64,000 bases of DNA from Bacteroidaceae bacterium (GTDB lineage Bacteria; Bacteroidota; Bacteroidia; Bacteroidales; Bacteroidaceae), in contig JAFOCD010000081.1 in assembly GCA_017381475.1 (NCBI GenBank), forward strand, positions 1,792-65,791. The letters run 5' to 3'. Position 1 is the stretch's first letter. Every line of letters begins with the position of its first letter. Below, one piece after another: positions 37,601-46,046 of this stretch. The translations under genes and the position numbers were made by a program. The notes beneath the pieces are model-generated. The model was given only the letters and a program-made list of their open reading frames with translations. It was not told the origin of the DNA and did not search any database.

Positions 37601-39208
37601 GAAATCGCCATTCAGATTAAATGCAAATCTCTGCCCATTGTCGGAATCAAGAAGATGCAGATTATATGGTTTGATATCACTGGCCTTCAATGAAAACTCA
37701 AACTTTTTTTCATCCGCGATTCTATACCTTGCCGTCAACAGCGCTTTCGCATTAGGATCATCTGTTACAATCTTTGCAGAAACTCCCTCGTCAGTACATT
37801 TTCCTACAAAATCAATAGGCGCATAAGAATAACCGTTATATTTCAAAGCAAGGAGCTGTCCCTTAATGTCTGCATAGTTTTTAGGATTCTTTATACAGCC
37901 GACAGCCTCAACTTTAATATTACCGTCAATTCCGGCGACACCTGCCAACCTTTCAAGTTTCAAATCCCGGGTCTTGGCATTTATGTGATACTTTCCATCG
38001 TGGCGCATGGTTCCTCTAACCGACAACACTCCACTCTCACACAGCAATGTTGCAACTGCTTCAATAGAGCCATTATCCAAAAACGCCTCGCCTTGCAAAG
38101 AGAGATCACCGAATCTGCGGGACAGGTCATCGTTCGCATCAAGTTTTGCGATAGCCAAAACCTTTGCCAGCATTTCTTGGGCAACATTACATTCATTGAG
38201 AACAACCTCTCCACGCCTACTGCCGGCAAAAGGAGAAAGCATATCAACATTTGTCGAAAGCGAGAATGACTCATCGAGCATTGCTATTGACAAGTCTGCA
38301 TTCAAACTGTCATTGCCATAATAACCCGCAATATCAAAAGCCAGCGGTGCAATGTTGGATTCAGGCAAAGTTACAAACGGAGCAATATCAACGAGAGAAA
38401 AACAGTCGCTTCTAACATCGCCAATAAATTCCACACTGCGCAAAGCACTGTCTACGCGAATCTCTAAATTATCCGAAACGACACTGCTTCTTGGAGTCGA
38501 CAACTCTAAATTGCTCAATCTGATTTTTCCTTCGTTCCGTGTTACCCGCGCCTTGAATTTATCAAGAATAAAGCCGTTCTTTTCCAATCCGCTTATAGAA
38601 CGTATATTCAAATCCAATGACTCCTTGGTCAATCTCTTCAAAGAGACATTACAACAGAGGTCATTTACTGCAATGTGATTGGGATCGAAACGTCCATCCA
38701 CCACATCCTCGCTAAGGACATCATATACAATACGAGCATCATATACCGACAACTGGTTTATACGAATATCCAGTTTTTTCTTTTTCTTTTTACCACTGTT
38801 CAATGCATCAATGACAAATTGGAAATTGAGCGGAGAACCCGGGGCTTCACGATTGAGCCTTACATCGGGAGCTGCCAACATCAAAGTATTGATATCAACA
38901 TTTCCCTTCAGCAGCTTTGCAGTCTGTAAATAAGCACGTGCCTCATCGGCATATATCATGGTATCGCCGGCAAGATCGCGCACAAGCACCTTCTTCAAGC
39001 GCAAATCGTTGAAACCACGTACATCCACTGCTTCGACCTCAATGGGAATACCATAACTTCCTGCTATCTCATCTGTGACATACAAAGCCAAGCCACGCTG
39101 GACAGAATCAAGCCTGAGCGACATCAACAGCACGAACAACAAAAATGTCATTACGGCGATTGTACCAAATATGTATTTAAGAAATTTGATAGGCCTTACA
39201 ATTTGCAC
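34694..39208 (-). CDS. tamB: Translocation and assembly module protein TamB (DUF490 family)
   Basis: 1504 aa with an N-terminal membrane anchor (IFGTIAVMTFLLFVLLMSL), a long beta-rich repetitive body, and a C-terminal DUF490-like region. Size and position are typical of Bacteroidetes TamB. Confidence 0.75.
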   Translation of the reverse strand: MQIVRPIKFLKYIFGTIAVMTFLLFVLLMSLRLDSVQRGLALYVTDEIAGSYGIPIEVEAVDVRGFNDLRLKKVLVRDLAGDTMIYADEARAYLQTAKLLKGNVDINTLMLAAPDVRLNREAPGSPLNFQFVIDALNSGKKKKKKLDIRINQLSVYDARIVYDVLSEDVVDGRFDPNHIAVNDLCCNVSLKRLTKESLDLNIRSISGLEKNGFILDKFKARVTRNEGKIRLSNLELSTPRSSVVSDNLEIRVDSALRSVEFIGDVRSDCFSLVDIAPFVTLPESNIAPLAFDIAGYYGNDSLNADLSIAMLDESFSLSTNVDMLSPFAGSRRGEVVLNECNVAQEMLAKVLAIAKLDANDDLSRRFGDLSLQGEAFLDNGSIEAVATLLCESGVLSVRGTMRHDGKYHINAKTRDLKLERLAGVAGIDGNIKVEAVGCIKNPKNYADIKGQLLALKYNGYSYAPIDFVGKCTDEGVSAKIVTDDPNAKALLTARYRIADEKKFEFSLKASDIKPYNLHLLDSDNGQRFAFNLNGDFFDYGSGKTILNAKFDNFYVVDNEDSILVRNFYVSDNRAGEDRMFVVNSDFAKVSIYGRFDFPTIVSGLTKSMKQHLPVFEFGSRKAKSAPQNEFYYDIAITNSNPLTHILGLPVTVHEPSRITGTFNDSNNLYTIDGSVNRIEVGKTFIRQINVKGNSTANGLELNAQVQKPFVRNIKNFDYNDISEDVVVRFNANIKDNDINGVVNWNNFKQDNVDTGILRMDATFSRDSDGDVYLDAMIRNDSIIHKNSVWHIDEGTIAGKISKLLVENVGLHSENQSLKIAGVIGKGVTDSLNVYLKDVDVATVFDFINFKILRFDGKATGRAYVTGILSDLNADGHLLVNDFCIDGADLGKSDMRIGWDNDSKSMYLDAGVYNHENDLSTVKGFISQVNDTITLKINANNLNAAFIDSKLKSFLCETEGACSGNVHINGSWRAVDLDGALALYCAAKVKATNVKYYFTGDSIKFSKGVMSFNNARLYDRYGNMGTISGNIKHRHLAKWTCLFNLKSNEMLVYDTDNFGSLPFYGSVFGTGDAIIKSDSTGLLLKAKIKSEPHSHFVYNSNETSGARDNSFVTFTDNNKNKKNTDSAKSEVDAKKVYSTTASKLTLDFMLDVNENLELKVYTNLQTDDYISLYGTGPINAVFNDKTGFSMKGHLDLARGTYKFTIQDIFPKVFDIIKGSTLAFDGDPYKAQLNLKTKYLVPSASLSDLTTEIAKRKTVKVNCIMNITGSLAAPDLAFDLELPEGSEEERELLASIASTPDQKNMQFVYLLGVGKFYTFDTNSAQAGDVNTSTAVESLISNTISSQLNNMLGKIINNGNWDISGNISTSERGWNSMEVEGMLRGRLLNNRLQINGNLGYRENPIANRNFIGDFELQWLLSPKYNWSIKAYSKTNDRYFSKTDLTTQGVGTNILFEFDSWKWWGNKNDKTKKRKLRRSRIKKQTVEEQIQQTEAIDSIQMKDIVEIK

Positions 39209-39430
39209 TTGTTATAACGCGCACTACACATGCGCGCGAAAATATTGACGCGAATATACTCAAAATATACGATAAAATCGCACATTTTGCAAAAAAAGAG
39301 AAGCAAAACTACATTTTAAGAACAACCACGGGTTGGTTTAAAACAAGATCCGGAGAAAGATACAGCCATTAGACACAAGTACGCCCATAGGCAAGAAGAA
39401 CCCGAATTTTGTTTTATCATTATTTTTTCC

Positions 39431-39438
39431 TACTTTTG
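39431..39438 (+). promoter_or_regulatory. -7 promoter box TACTTTTG upstream of the SLC13 permease gene
   Basis: It matches TAnnTTTG and lies about 85 nt upstream of the ATG at 39524. Confidence 0.5.
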
Positions 39439-39523
39439 TAGGATTTTTAAAGCCATAAACCACTCACAAGCAAGAAATTTAAGCCCAACAATAAATATAT
39501 CAAAAAAACATCACCATTAAGCA

Positions 39524-41671
39524 ATGAAATCTTTTATCACACTATTCGCGACATTGATATTTTCAATGTATTGCACAACTGCAGACGCCCACACAAACGA
39601 GCAGGAAGAAATAGTTGCCACCTGCGCCAATGCAGCAGAGGGCACACCCTTGGACAATGCAGAACTACATGATAACGAGAACAACATTAGCGACGACCAC
39701 AACACTATACAGGAGCTGTCCAATGACGAAGACATAAAAAAAGCCGACACATACAAATGTCCCTCATGTGACGGAAAGAAACTGTGCAAGAAATGCAAAG
39801 GAGAAGGAGCAGTCCCCATCAACAAGGACGGCATGCTGCCAACACTCATAATCCTTGCACTCACAATGGTATTCTTCATATCGGGCAAGATACGTTCAGA
39901 CATCATTGCATTATGTGCACTTGCGTCATTGGTAATCCTTGGAATCCTTGACCCCAAAGAAGCATTTGCAGGCTTCTCAAGCACATCAGTAATCATGATG
40001 GTGGGACTTTTCGTTGTTGGTGGTGCAATATTTCAAACCGGTCTCGCTAAGATGATCAGTTCAAAGCTGATGCGTCTTGCCGGCAACAGCGAAACACGCC
40101 TTTTCGTTTTGGTAATGGCAGTGACTTCGCTCATGGGAGCATTTGTAAGCAACACCGGTACCGTGGCCATTATGATTCCTATTGTTGTGAGCATGGCCAT
40201 GAGCGCAAAGATGAACCCAAGCCGTCTGCTCATGCCACTTGCCTTTGCCAGCAGCATGAGCGGTATGATGACCCTCATTGGTACCCCCCCAAACCTTGTT
40301 ATAAACGAAGAACTCATCAAAAGCGGACATGAGGGATTAGGTTTCTTCACATTCTTGCCTGTAGGTCTCATCTGCGCCATAGTTGGAACTTTGATATTGC
40401 TACCATTAAGTAAAAAATACTTGTCAAAAACCGGAACACAAGACAGTAAGAACACTAATAGGGCAAAGTCCCTTAAAGCCCTCGTCAAGGAGTACGGAAT
40501 TTCAAGCAACCTACATAAAGTACAGGTCAATGCCAACTCGTTGGCTATAGGAAAGATTATTGGCGAACTGAACATCAGGAATGTATACAGCCTCAACATC
40601 ATTGAAGTGCGCCGAATCGAAGGCGGACAGCGCAACTTCCTGACAAAGACAATTGTGCAGCAGGCCGCAGATTCCGACACCAGACTCAACATCAACGACA
40701 CACTTTACATTTCTGGCGCCGAGGAGCAGGTAAGACAATTCATAAACGACTACAAACTGACACTCATCACCGACAACGACAACAACAACCTCGACTTCTA
40801 CAATATTGGAGTTGCTGAAATTGTGGTCATGCCATCGGCATCGGTAATCAACAAGACAATCAAGGAGGTCGAATTCCGCACCAGATACAATGTAAACATT
40901 CTGGGAATAAGTCGCAAGGGCGAGTACATACGCCAAGGACTTGCAAATGAGACAATCCATGCCGGCGATGTCCTGCTTGTACAGGGCACATGGGACAACA
41001 TTGCAAACCTAGAGAAGGAGACCTCTGAATGGATTGTAATGGGACGTCCGCTCGAGGAGGCCGCAAAGGTAACACTTGACTACAAGGCGCCAATTGCCGC
41101 TGTAATCATGATTGGCATGATTGCCGCAATGGCATTCAACATTGTAGAACCGGTAACCGCAGTTATGATTGCCGGGCTCTTGACAGTGCTGACCGGCTGT
41201 TTCCGCAATGTCGAGGCTGCATACAAGACCATCAACTGGGAGAGCATCATGCTCATCGCCGCGATGATCCCAATGTCTACAGCCTTGGAAAATACTGGTA
41301 TTTCGGGATTGGTCGCAGAATCACTGGAAAGTTCATTGGGAGGCTTCAATCCTATCGTAATGCTTGCCGCAATATACTTTGCAACATCATTGCTGACAAT
41401 GTTCATAAGCAACACTGCCACTGCCGTACTAATGGCACCAATTGCAATGAAATGCGCTACCAGCATTGATGTAAGCCCCGTACCAATGCTCTTTGCCGTG
41501 ACATTGGGCGCAAGCCTCTGCTTTGCATCGCCATTCTCAACACCACCAAATGCACTGGTCAAGCCGGCAGGACAGTATACCTTCAGCGACTATGTAAAGG
41601 TAGGTTTGCCACTCCAGATAATCCTGGGTATTGTGATGATACTTACTCTCCCATTGTTATTCCCATTCTAA
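39524..41671 (+). CDS. SLC13/DASS-type permease with two central TrkA-C (RCK-C) domains and an unusual about 100-aa N-terminal extension
   Basis: 715 aa. The permease halves flank two TrkA-C-like segments (...LAIGKIIGELNIRNVYSLNIIEVRR... and ...VINKTIKEVEFRTRYNVNILGISRKGE...). The N-terminal extension has a signal-like helix, an acidic region and CPSCDGKKLCKKCKGEG. Confidence 0.75.
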   Translation: MKSFITLFATLIFSMYCTTADAHTNEQEEIVATCANAAEGTPLDNAELHDNENNISDDHNTIQELSNDEDIKKADTYKCPSCDGKKLCKKCKGEGAVPINKDGMLPTLIILALTMVFFISGKIRSDIIALCALASLVILGILDPKEAFAGFSSTSVIMMVGLFVVGGAIFQTGLAKMISSKLMRLAGNSETRLFVLVMAVTSLMGAFVSNTGTVAIMIPIVVSMAMSAKMNPSRLLMPLAFASSMSGMMTLIGTPPNLVINEELIKSGHEGLGFFTFLPVGLICAIVGTLILLPLSKKYLSKTGTQDSKNTNRAKSLKALVKEYGISSNLHKVQVNANSLAIGKIIGELNIRNVYSLNIIEVRRIEGGQRNFLTKTIVQQAADSDTRLNINDTLYISGAEEQVRQFINDYKLTLITDNDNNNLDFYNIGVAEIVVMPSASVINKTIKEVEFRTRYNVNILGISRKGEYIRQGLANETIHAGDVLLVQGTWDNIANLEKETSEWIVMGRPLEEAAKVTLDYKAPIAAVIMIGMIAAMAFNIVEPVTAVMIAGLLTVLTGCFRNVEAAYKTINWESIMLIAAMIPMSTALENTGISGLVAESLESSLGGFNPIVMLAAIYFATSLLTMFISNTATAVLMAPIAMKCATSIDVSPVPMLFAVTLGASLCFASPFSTPPNALVKPAGQYTFSDYVKVGLPLQIILGIVMILTLPLLFPF

Positions 41672-41724
41672 GGAGTTACAAGAATAAAACACTGCCAATT
41701 TTACTTGTTTTCAACCAAAATGAG

Positions 41725-41732
41725 TAATTTTG
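41725..41732 (+). promoter_or_regulatory. -7 promoter box TAATTTTG for the sigma-54 activator / lptE / secG gene string
   Basis: It matches TAnnTTTG. It overlaps the TTG start proposed by the ORF track (41730), which argues for the ATG at 41751 as the real start. Confidence 0.55.
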
Positions 41733-41750
41733 TCAGCAAACACGAATGTA

Positions 41751-42983
41751 ATGAATTTAGCAGAAGTACAAAAGATAAAGCAACAGTTCGGGATCATAGG
41801 CAATGACCCCGCATTGTTGCGCGCAATAGACACGGCAATACAGGTTGCCCACACAGACCTTTCGGTACTCATCACCGGAGAGAGCGGCGTGGGCAAGGAG
41901 TTTTTCCCAAAGATCGTACACACAAACAGCGTGCGCAAGCATGGCAAATACATCGCGGTGAACTGCGGTGCCATCCCTGAAGGAACAATTGATTCAGAAC
42001 TCTTCGGCCACGTAAAAGGAGCCTTTACTGGTGCCGTAAATGAACGTAAGGGTTATTTCAGCGAAGCCGATAGCGGAACAATTTTCCTTGACGAAGTTGC
42101 AGAACTTCCTTTATCGACACAGGCGCGCCTGCTACGCGTACTAGAAAACGGTGAATTCCTGCGAGTAGGCTCATCAGATGTAGAAAAGACCGATGTCCGA
42201 ATCGTATGCGCAACCAACGTAAACCTCACCGAGGCCATTGCTGACGGTCGTTTCAGGGAAGACCTGTACTACCGTCTGAACACTGTGCCCATCAATATAC
42301 CTGCACTGCGCAAACGTGGAGAAGATGTAGTACTGCTGTTCAAGAAATTCTCAATGGACTTTGCAACAAAATACAATGTCCCCAAGATACAACTTGACGA
42401 GAGTGCAAAAAAAGCGCTTGTCGAATACTCATGGCCGGGCAACATACGCCAACTGAAGAATATCGCCGAACAGATTTCTATCCTTGAACTCAACCGCGAA
42501 ATCAGCCGCGAAGTAGTATTGCACTATCTGCCCAAGGACCAGAAGAACAACCTGCCGACACTGTCGGGACGTTCAAGCGAGCACAAGACATTTGAAAGCG
42601 AAAGGGAAATCCTCTACAGCGTACTGTTTGACATGCGCCGCGACATAACCGAGCTCAAGAACCAGCTGGAGAGCCTGCGCACAGCACAAAGCAACCACCC
42701 GAATGAGCCCCAATACTACCCTAACACTGCCGAAGTACCCGTTGTACAGCACCAGATACAACCGGCATATCAGATACAACCGGCACAACAAGTACACTTT
42801 GAACCTGTAGAGCATGTTGTTGATGAGTATGTAGAGGAAACATTGTCGCTCGAAGATATGGAAAAGAAAGCCATACTGTTTGCACTTGAAAGAAACAAGG
42901 GTAAACGCCGTCAGGCCGCAAAGGATCTGAACATCTCTGAGCGTACATTATACAGAAAAATAAAGGAATATGGCATTGAGTAA
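41751..42983 (+). CDS. Sigma-54-dependent transcriptional activator (AAA+ plus Fis-type HTH) lacking an N-terminal regulatory domain
   Basis: Seen motifs are Walker A GESGVGKE, the GAFTGA loop (KGAFTGA), Walker B IFLDEV, and the C-terminal HTH RRQAAKDLNISERTLYRKIKEYGI. Only about 12 residues precede the AAA+ core. Confidence 0.85.
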   Translation: MNLAEVQKIKQQFGIIGNDPALLRAIDTAIQVAHTDLSVLITGESGVGKEFFPKIVHTNSVRKHGKYIAVNCGAIPEGTIDSELFGHVKGAFTGAVNERKGYFSEADSGTIFLDEVAELPLSTQARLLRVLENGEFLRVGSSDVEKTDVRIVCATNVNLTEAIADGRFREDLYYRLNTVPINIPALRKRGEDVVLLFKKFSMDFATKYNVPKIQLDESAKKALVEYSWPGNIRQLKNIAEQISILELNREISREVVLHYLPKDQKNNLPTLSGRSSEHKTFESEREILYSVLFDMRRDITELKNQLESLRTAQSNHPNEPQYYPNTAEVPVVQHQIQPAYQIQPAQQVHFEPVEHVVDEYVEETLSLEDMEKKAILFALERNKGKRRQAAKDLNISERTLYRKIKEYGIE

Positions 42984-43500
42984 GATTAAATATAAAATCG
43001 GATATGCTATCGTTGCATTGCTGGTTATAGCAATAACATCGGCATGTACCGTCAGCTACAAGTTCACAGGCGCATCCATTGACTACACAAAAGTGAAGAC
43101 CATCTCAATTGAGACATTCCAGAACCGCGCCGCATATCAGTGGGGACCGATGGCACCAATGTTCAATGAGACATTGAACGATGTTTTCGTACAACAGACA
43201 AAGCTTCAGCAGGTTACACGCGGAGGAGACCTGCAGCTTGCCGGTGAAATCACAGCCTACGACCAGTACAACAAGTCTATTTCATCGGATGGCTACTCTT
43301 CAATGGTACAATTGAAGATGGTTGTCAATGTACGCTTTGCCAACAACACCAACCATGACGAGGATTTTGAACGACAGTTCAGCGCCACACGCGACTTTGA
43401 CGCGACCCAGTCACTCGACTCAGTACAGGAGGAACTGGTTGAACAGATGATAAAGGAAATTGTAGAAGCAATATTTAATGCGGCCGTTGCCAACTGGTAA
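42970..43500 (+). CDS. lptE: LptE-like LPS-assembly lipoprotein
   Basis: 176 aa with the lipobox ITSAC. The Bacteroidetes LptE-like pattern is present (YKFTGASIDY...TISIETFQN...GDLQLAGEITAY). The gene overlaps the activator gene by 14 nt. Confidence 0.65.
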   Translation: MALSKIKYKIGYAIVALLVIAITSACTVSYKFTGASIDYTKVKTISIETFQNRAAYQWGPMAPMFNETLNDVFVQQTKLQQVTRGGDLQLAGEITAYDQYNKSISSDGYSSMVQLKMVVNVRFANNTNHDEDFERQFSATRDFDATQSLDSVQEELVEQMIKEIVEAIFNAAVANW

Positions 43501-43501
43501 G

Positions 43502-44218
43502 ATGGATAATTTGCTGACATACATATCGTACCCCGAAAAGCTGAACCGCGACACATTGTACGAACTGCGTCTGATTGTAGGCAAATATCCCTACTTTGAC
43601 ACAGCGCGCCTACTGATGCTCAAGAACCTTTACCTGTTGCATGACATCGAATTCGGCAAAGAGATGCGCAAGGCAGCACTCTACCTCAAGAGCCGCTGGC
43701 CTATATTCGAACTAATGGCTGGCTATGGAAGCATATCCGAAATTGAGAATGCACCTGCCGACATACCGGTAGACAGGACAATGTCACTAATAGATGCATT
43801 TTTGGAAACCATACCAGCAGACACCCTATCGCTTGAAGCCGAAGGCGCAGCGGCTGTCGATTATGTGTCGGCATACCTTAAGGACTGCCCAAAAGAAGAG
43901 AAGGAGATTCCGGAACTGCGCGGACAGCATCTTATTGACAACTTCCTTGCAGGAGACAACGAAAGGATTTCGCTAGACCTAAGCGCGCCGAATGCACCGA
44001 CAGAACGCGAGAAGGAAGAAGCACAGATTGAAAGTAGCCCCACTGAAGCCTCTTTCTTCACCGAGACACTTGCGAATATTTACATAAAGCAAGGCAAATA
44101 CAGCAAAGCTCTTGAAATTATTAAGCGATTATATTTGGAATTTCCAAATAAAAATCGTTACTTTGCAGACCAAATAAGATTTTTGGAAATTATAGTAAAA
44201 CATACAAAAAAAGAATAA
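43502..44218 (+). CDS. Conserved hypothetical protein with C-terminal TPR-like helix pair
   Basis: The start is trimmed to the ATG at 43502 (MDNLLTYISYPEKL), 1 nt after the lptE stop. The C-terminus is FTETLANIYIKQGKYSKALEIIKRLYLEFPNKNRYF. Confidence 0.6.
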   Translation: MDNLLTYISYPEKLNRDTLYELRLIVGKYPYFDTARLLMLKNLYLLHDIEFGKEMRKAALYLKSRWPIFELMAGYGSISEIENAPADIPVDRTMSLIDAFLETIPADTLSLEAEGAAAVDYVSAYLKDCPKEEKEIPELRGQHLIDNFLAGDNERISLDLSAPNAPTEREKEEAQIESSPTEASFFTETLANIYIKQGKYSKALEIIKRLYLEFPNKNRYFADQIRFLEIIVKHTKKE

Positions 44219-44219
44219 C

Positions 44220-44441
44220 ATGTTCAAGTTTTTTACACTATTGATTGTTTTGGTGGCAGTTTTGATGTGCCTTATCGTGTTAATCCAGAACTCAAAGGGC
44301 GGTGGCCTTTCATCAGGTTTCTCATCATCAAACCAGATCATGGGCGTTAGAAAGACTACAGACTTCCTTGAGAAGGCAACATGGACCCTCGCAGCTTTGA
44401 TGGTAATCCTTAGCATCTGCGCAGCACACTCATTGAACTAA
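44220..44441 (+). CDS. secG: Preprotein translocase subunit SecG
   Basis: 73 aa. MFKFFTLLIVLVAVLMCLIVLIQNSKGGGLSSGF... is canonical SecG. Confidence 0.85.
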   Translation: MFKFFTLLIVLVAVLMCLIVLIQNSKGGGLSSGFSSSNQIMGVRKTTDFLEKATWTLAALMVILSICAAHSLN

Positions 44442-44543
44442 AAAGCCAAATCCCGATAAAGTAACAATCGGAAAACGAACATAGAAATTCCTTTTAATTT
44501 AAAGGGTACATTATAGTAGCCCAAAGAGGAATATTCTTAAATA

Positions 44544-44574
44544 AAAAAGACAAACATGTTTGTTTGTCTTTTTT
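44544..44574. terminator. Bidirectional hairpin terminator (secG / rarA convergent)
   Basis: aaaaagacaaaca-tgtt-tgtttgtcttttt forms a 13-bp stem with A/T runs on both sides. Confidence 0.8.
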
Positions 44575-44583
44575 ATTTACACA

Positions 44584-45864
44584 TTATTTACTGTACGGTT
44601 TGTCATCACCCCAGCACTGTTGCATCCAAGCCTTGGCCTTGGCCTCAACGGGATTGTCCTGTGGCAGCCAGAACGAGAAAGACTCGCCGCCTTCGGGCAG
44701 GAACTGTTGCTTGGCAAAGTGTCCTGGATAGTCGTGTGAGTATTTGTAGCCGTCGGCATAGCCAAGTTCTGCCATAAGTTTTGTAGGCGCATTGCGCAGG
44801 TGCAACGGCACCGGCAGATTGCCTGTTTCGCGCACTGTCTGCAATGCTTTGTTTATACCCATATATGCCGAATTACTCTTGGGTGATGTCGCAAGATACA
44901 CCACTGCCTGAGCAAGCGGAATACGCCCCTCGGGCCAACCAATCTTTGTAACTGCATCGAATGCAGCATTGGCAAGCAACAGCGCATTTGGATTGGCAAG
45001 CCCAATGTCCTCTGATGCCGAAATAACTATGCGACGTGCTATGAAAGCGGGATCTTCGCCACCCTCAATCATGCGCGCCATCCAATAAAGCGCTGCATCG
45101 GGGTCACTGCCACGGATAGACTTTATGAAGGCCGAGATAATGTCATAGTGCATCTCGCCATCCTTGTCATATGCAGCGGGGTTCTGTTGCAGACACTTCT
45201 TCACCTTCTCATCGGTAATCACCACAGGCGAATCGGGGTCGCTTTCAACCACAAGTTCAAGAATATTGAGCAGTTTACGCGCATCGCCGCCGCTATATCG
45301 CATTATTGCAGCAGTCTCGTGCAATTCAACACCACGTTCTTTCAGAATACTATCGTTATTTATAGCATATTCAAGCAATTGAATCAAATCGTTCTGTTCC
45401 AGCGATTTGAGAACATATAGCTGACAACGGGAAAGCAACGGACGGATAACTTCAAAAGAAGGATTCTCTGTTGTAGCGCCTATAAGTGTGACCACACCGG
45501 TTTCCACCGCGCTCAGCAATGAATCCTGCTGCGACTTACTGAAACGATGGATCTCATCGATGAAAAGTATAGCACTGCCACGTGAGAAAAGCGGCGAGTT
45601 CTTTGTTTTTTCAATAACCTCACGCACCTCCTTGACACCGGCCGACACCGCATTGAGCGTGTAGAACGGACGATTGAGTGTATTGGCAATTATACGGGCG
45701 ATAGTAGTCTTACCCGTACCAGGAGGCCCCCACATGATGAACGAAAGAATTCTTCCCGAGTCTATCATGCGACGCAACACAGCACCATCCCCAACAAGAT
45801 GCTGCTGACCCACATAGTTATCAAATGAAGTCGGACGCAAGCGTTCCGCCAATGGTTGTGCCAT
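44584..45864 (-). CDS. rarA: Replication-associated recombination protein A (AAA+ ATPase)
   Basis: 426 aa. MAQPLAERLRPTSFDNYVGQQHLVG...MWGPPGTGKTTIARIIA...LFIDEIHRF is canonical RarA/MgsA. Confidence 0.9.
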   Translation of the reverse strand: MAQPLAERLRPTSFDNYVGQQHLVGDGAVLRRMIDSGRILSFIMWGPPGTGKTTIARIIANTLNRPFYTLNAVSAGVKEVREVIEKTKNSPLFSRGSAILFIDEIHRFSKSQQDSLLSAVETGVVTLIGATTENPSFEVIRPLLSRCQLYVLKSLEQNDLIQLLEYAINNDSILKERGVELHETAAIMRYSGGDARKLLNILELVVESDPDSPVVITDEKVKKCLQQNPAAYDKDGEMHYDIISAFIKSIRGSDPDAALYWMARMIEGGEDPAFIARRIVISASEDIGLANPNALLLANAAFDAVTKIGWPEGRIPLAQAVVYLATSPKSNSAYMGINKALQTVRETGNLPVPLHLRNAPTKLMAELGYADGYKYSHDYPGHFAKQQFLPEGGESFSFWLPQDNPVEAKAKAWMQQCWGDDKPYSK

Positions 45865-46046
45865 AACTATTTAAATTCAAGTAAGAGAGTGACCAATCAA
45901 TTGGCCACTCTTTAATTTATTAAGGAATGAATAAAAAGATGAAGTTCAAGGCTTGCAAAGGCTTCAAAACCGCAGTTTACAAAGCGCAAATGAGGATTTT
46001 GAAGACGAGCGTAACGCAGAAATTCAATTTTTAGTCATTTCTGTTT

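Noticed and set aside
40284-40290. A C7 homopolymer inside the SLC13 permease gene, considered as a possible slipped-strand phase-variation tract.
   Set aside because: The tract is short. Bacteroidales mainly use DNA inversion rather than homopolymer slippage. The tract simply encodes Thr-Pro-Pro within a conserved permease segment.
45927-46034. A small basic ORF (MNKKMKFKACKGFKTAVYKAQMRILKTSVTQKFNF, 35 aa) lies in the fhs-rarA intergenic region.
   Set aside because: It has no -7 box upstream and runs opposite to both flanking genes. It overlaps hairpin-forming sequence (45885-45912 and cttcaaaa/ttttgaag) that more likely serves fhs termination or the rarA leader. The composition reflects an AT-rich spacer. 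Coding cannot be supported from the sequence alone.
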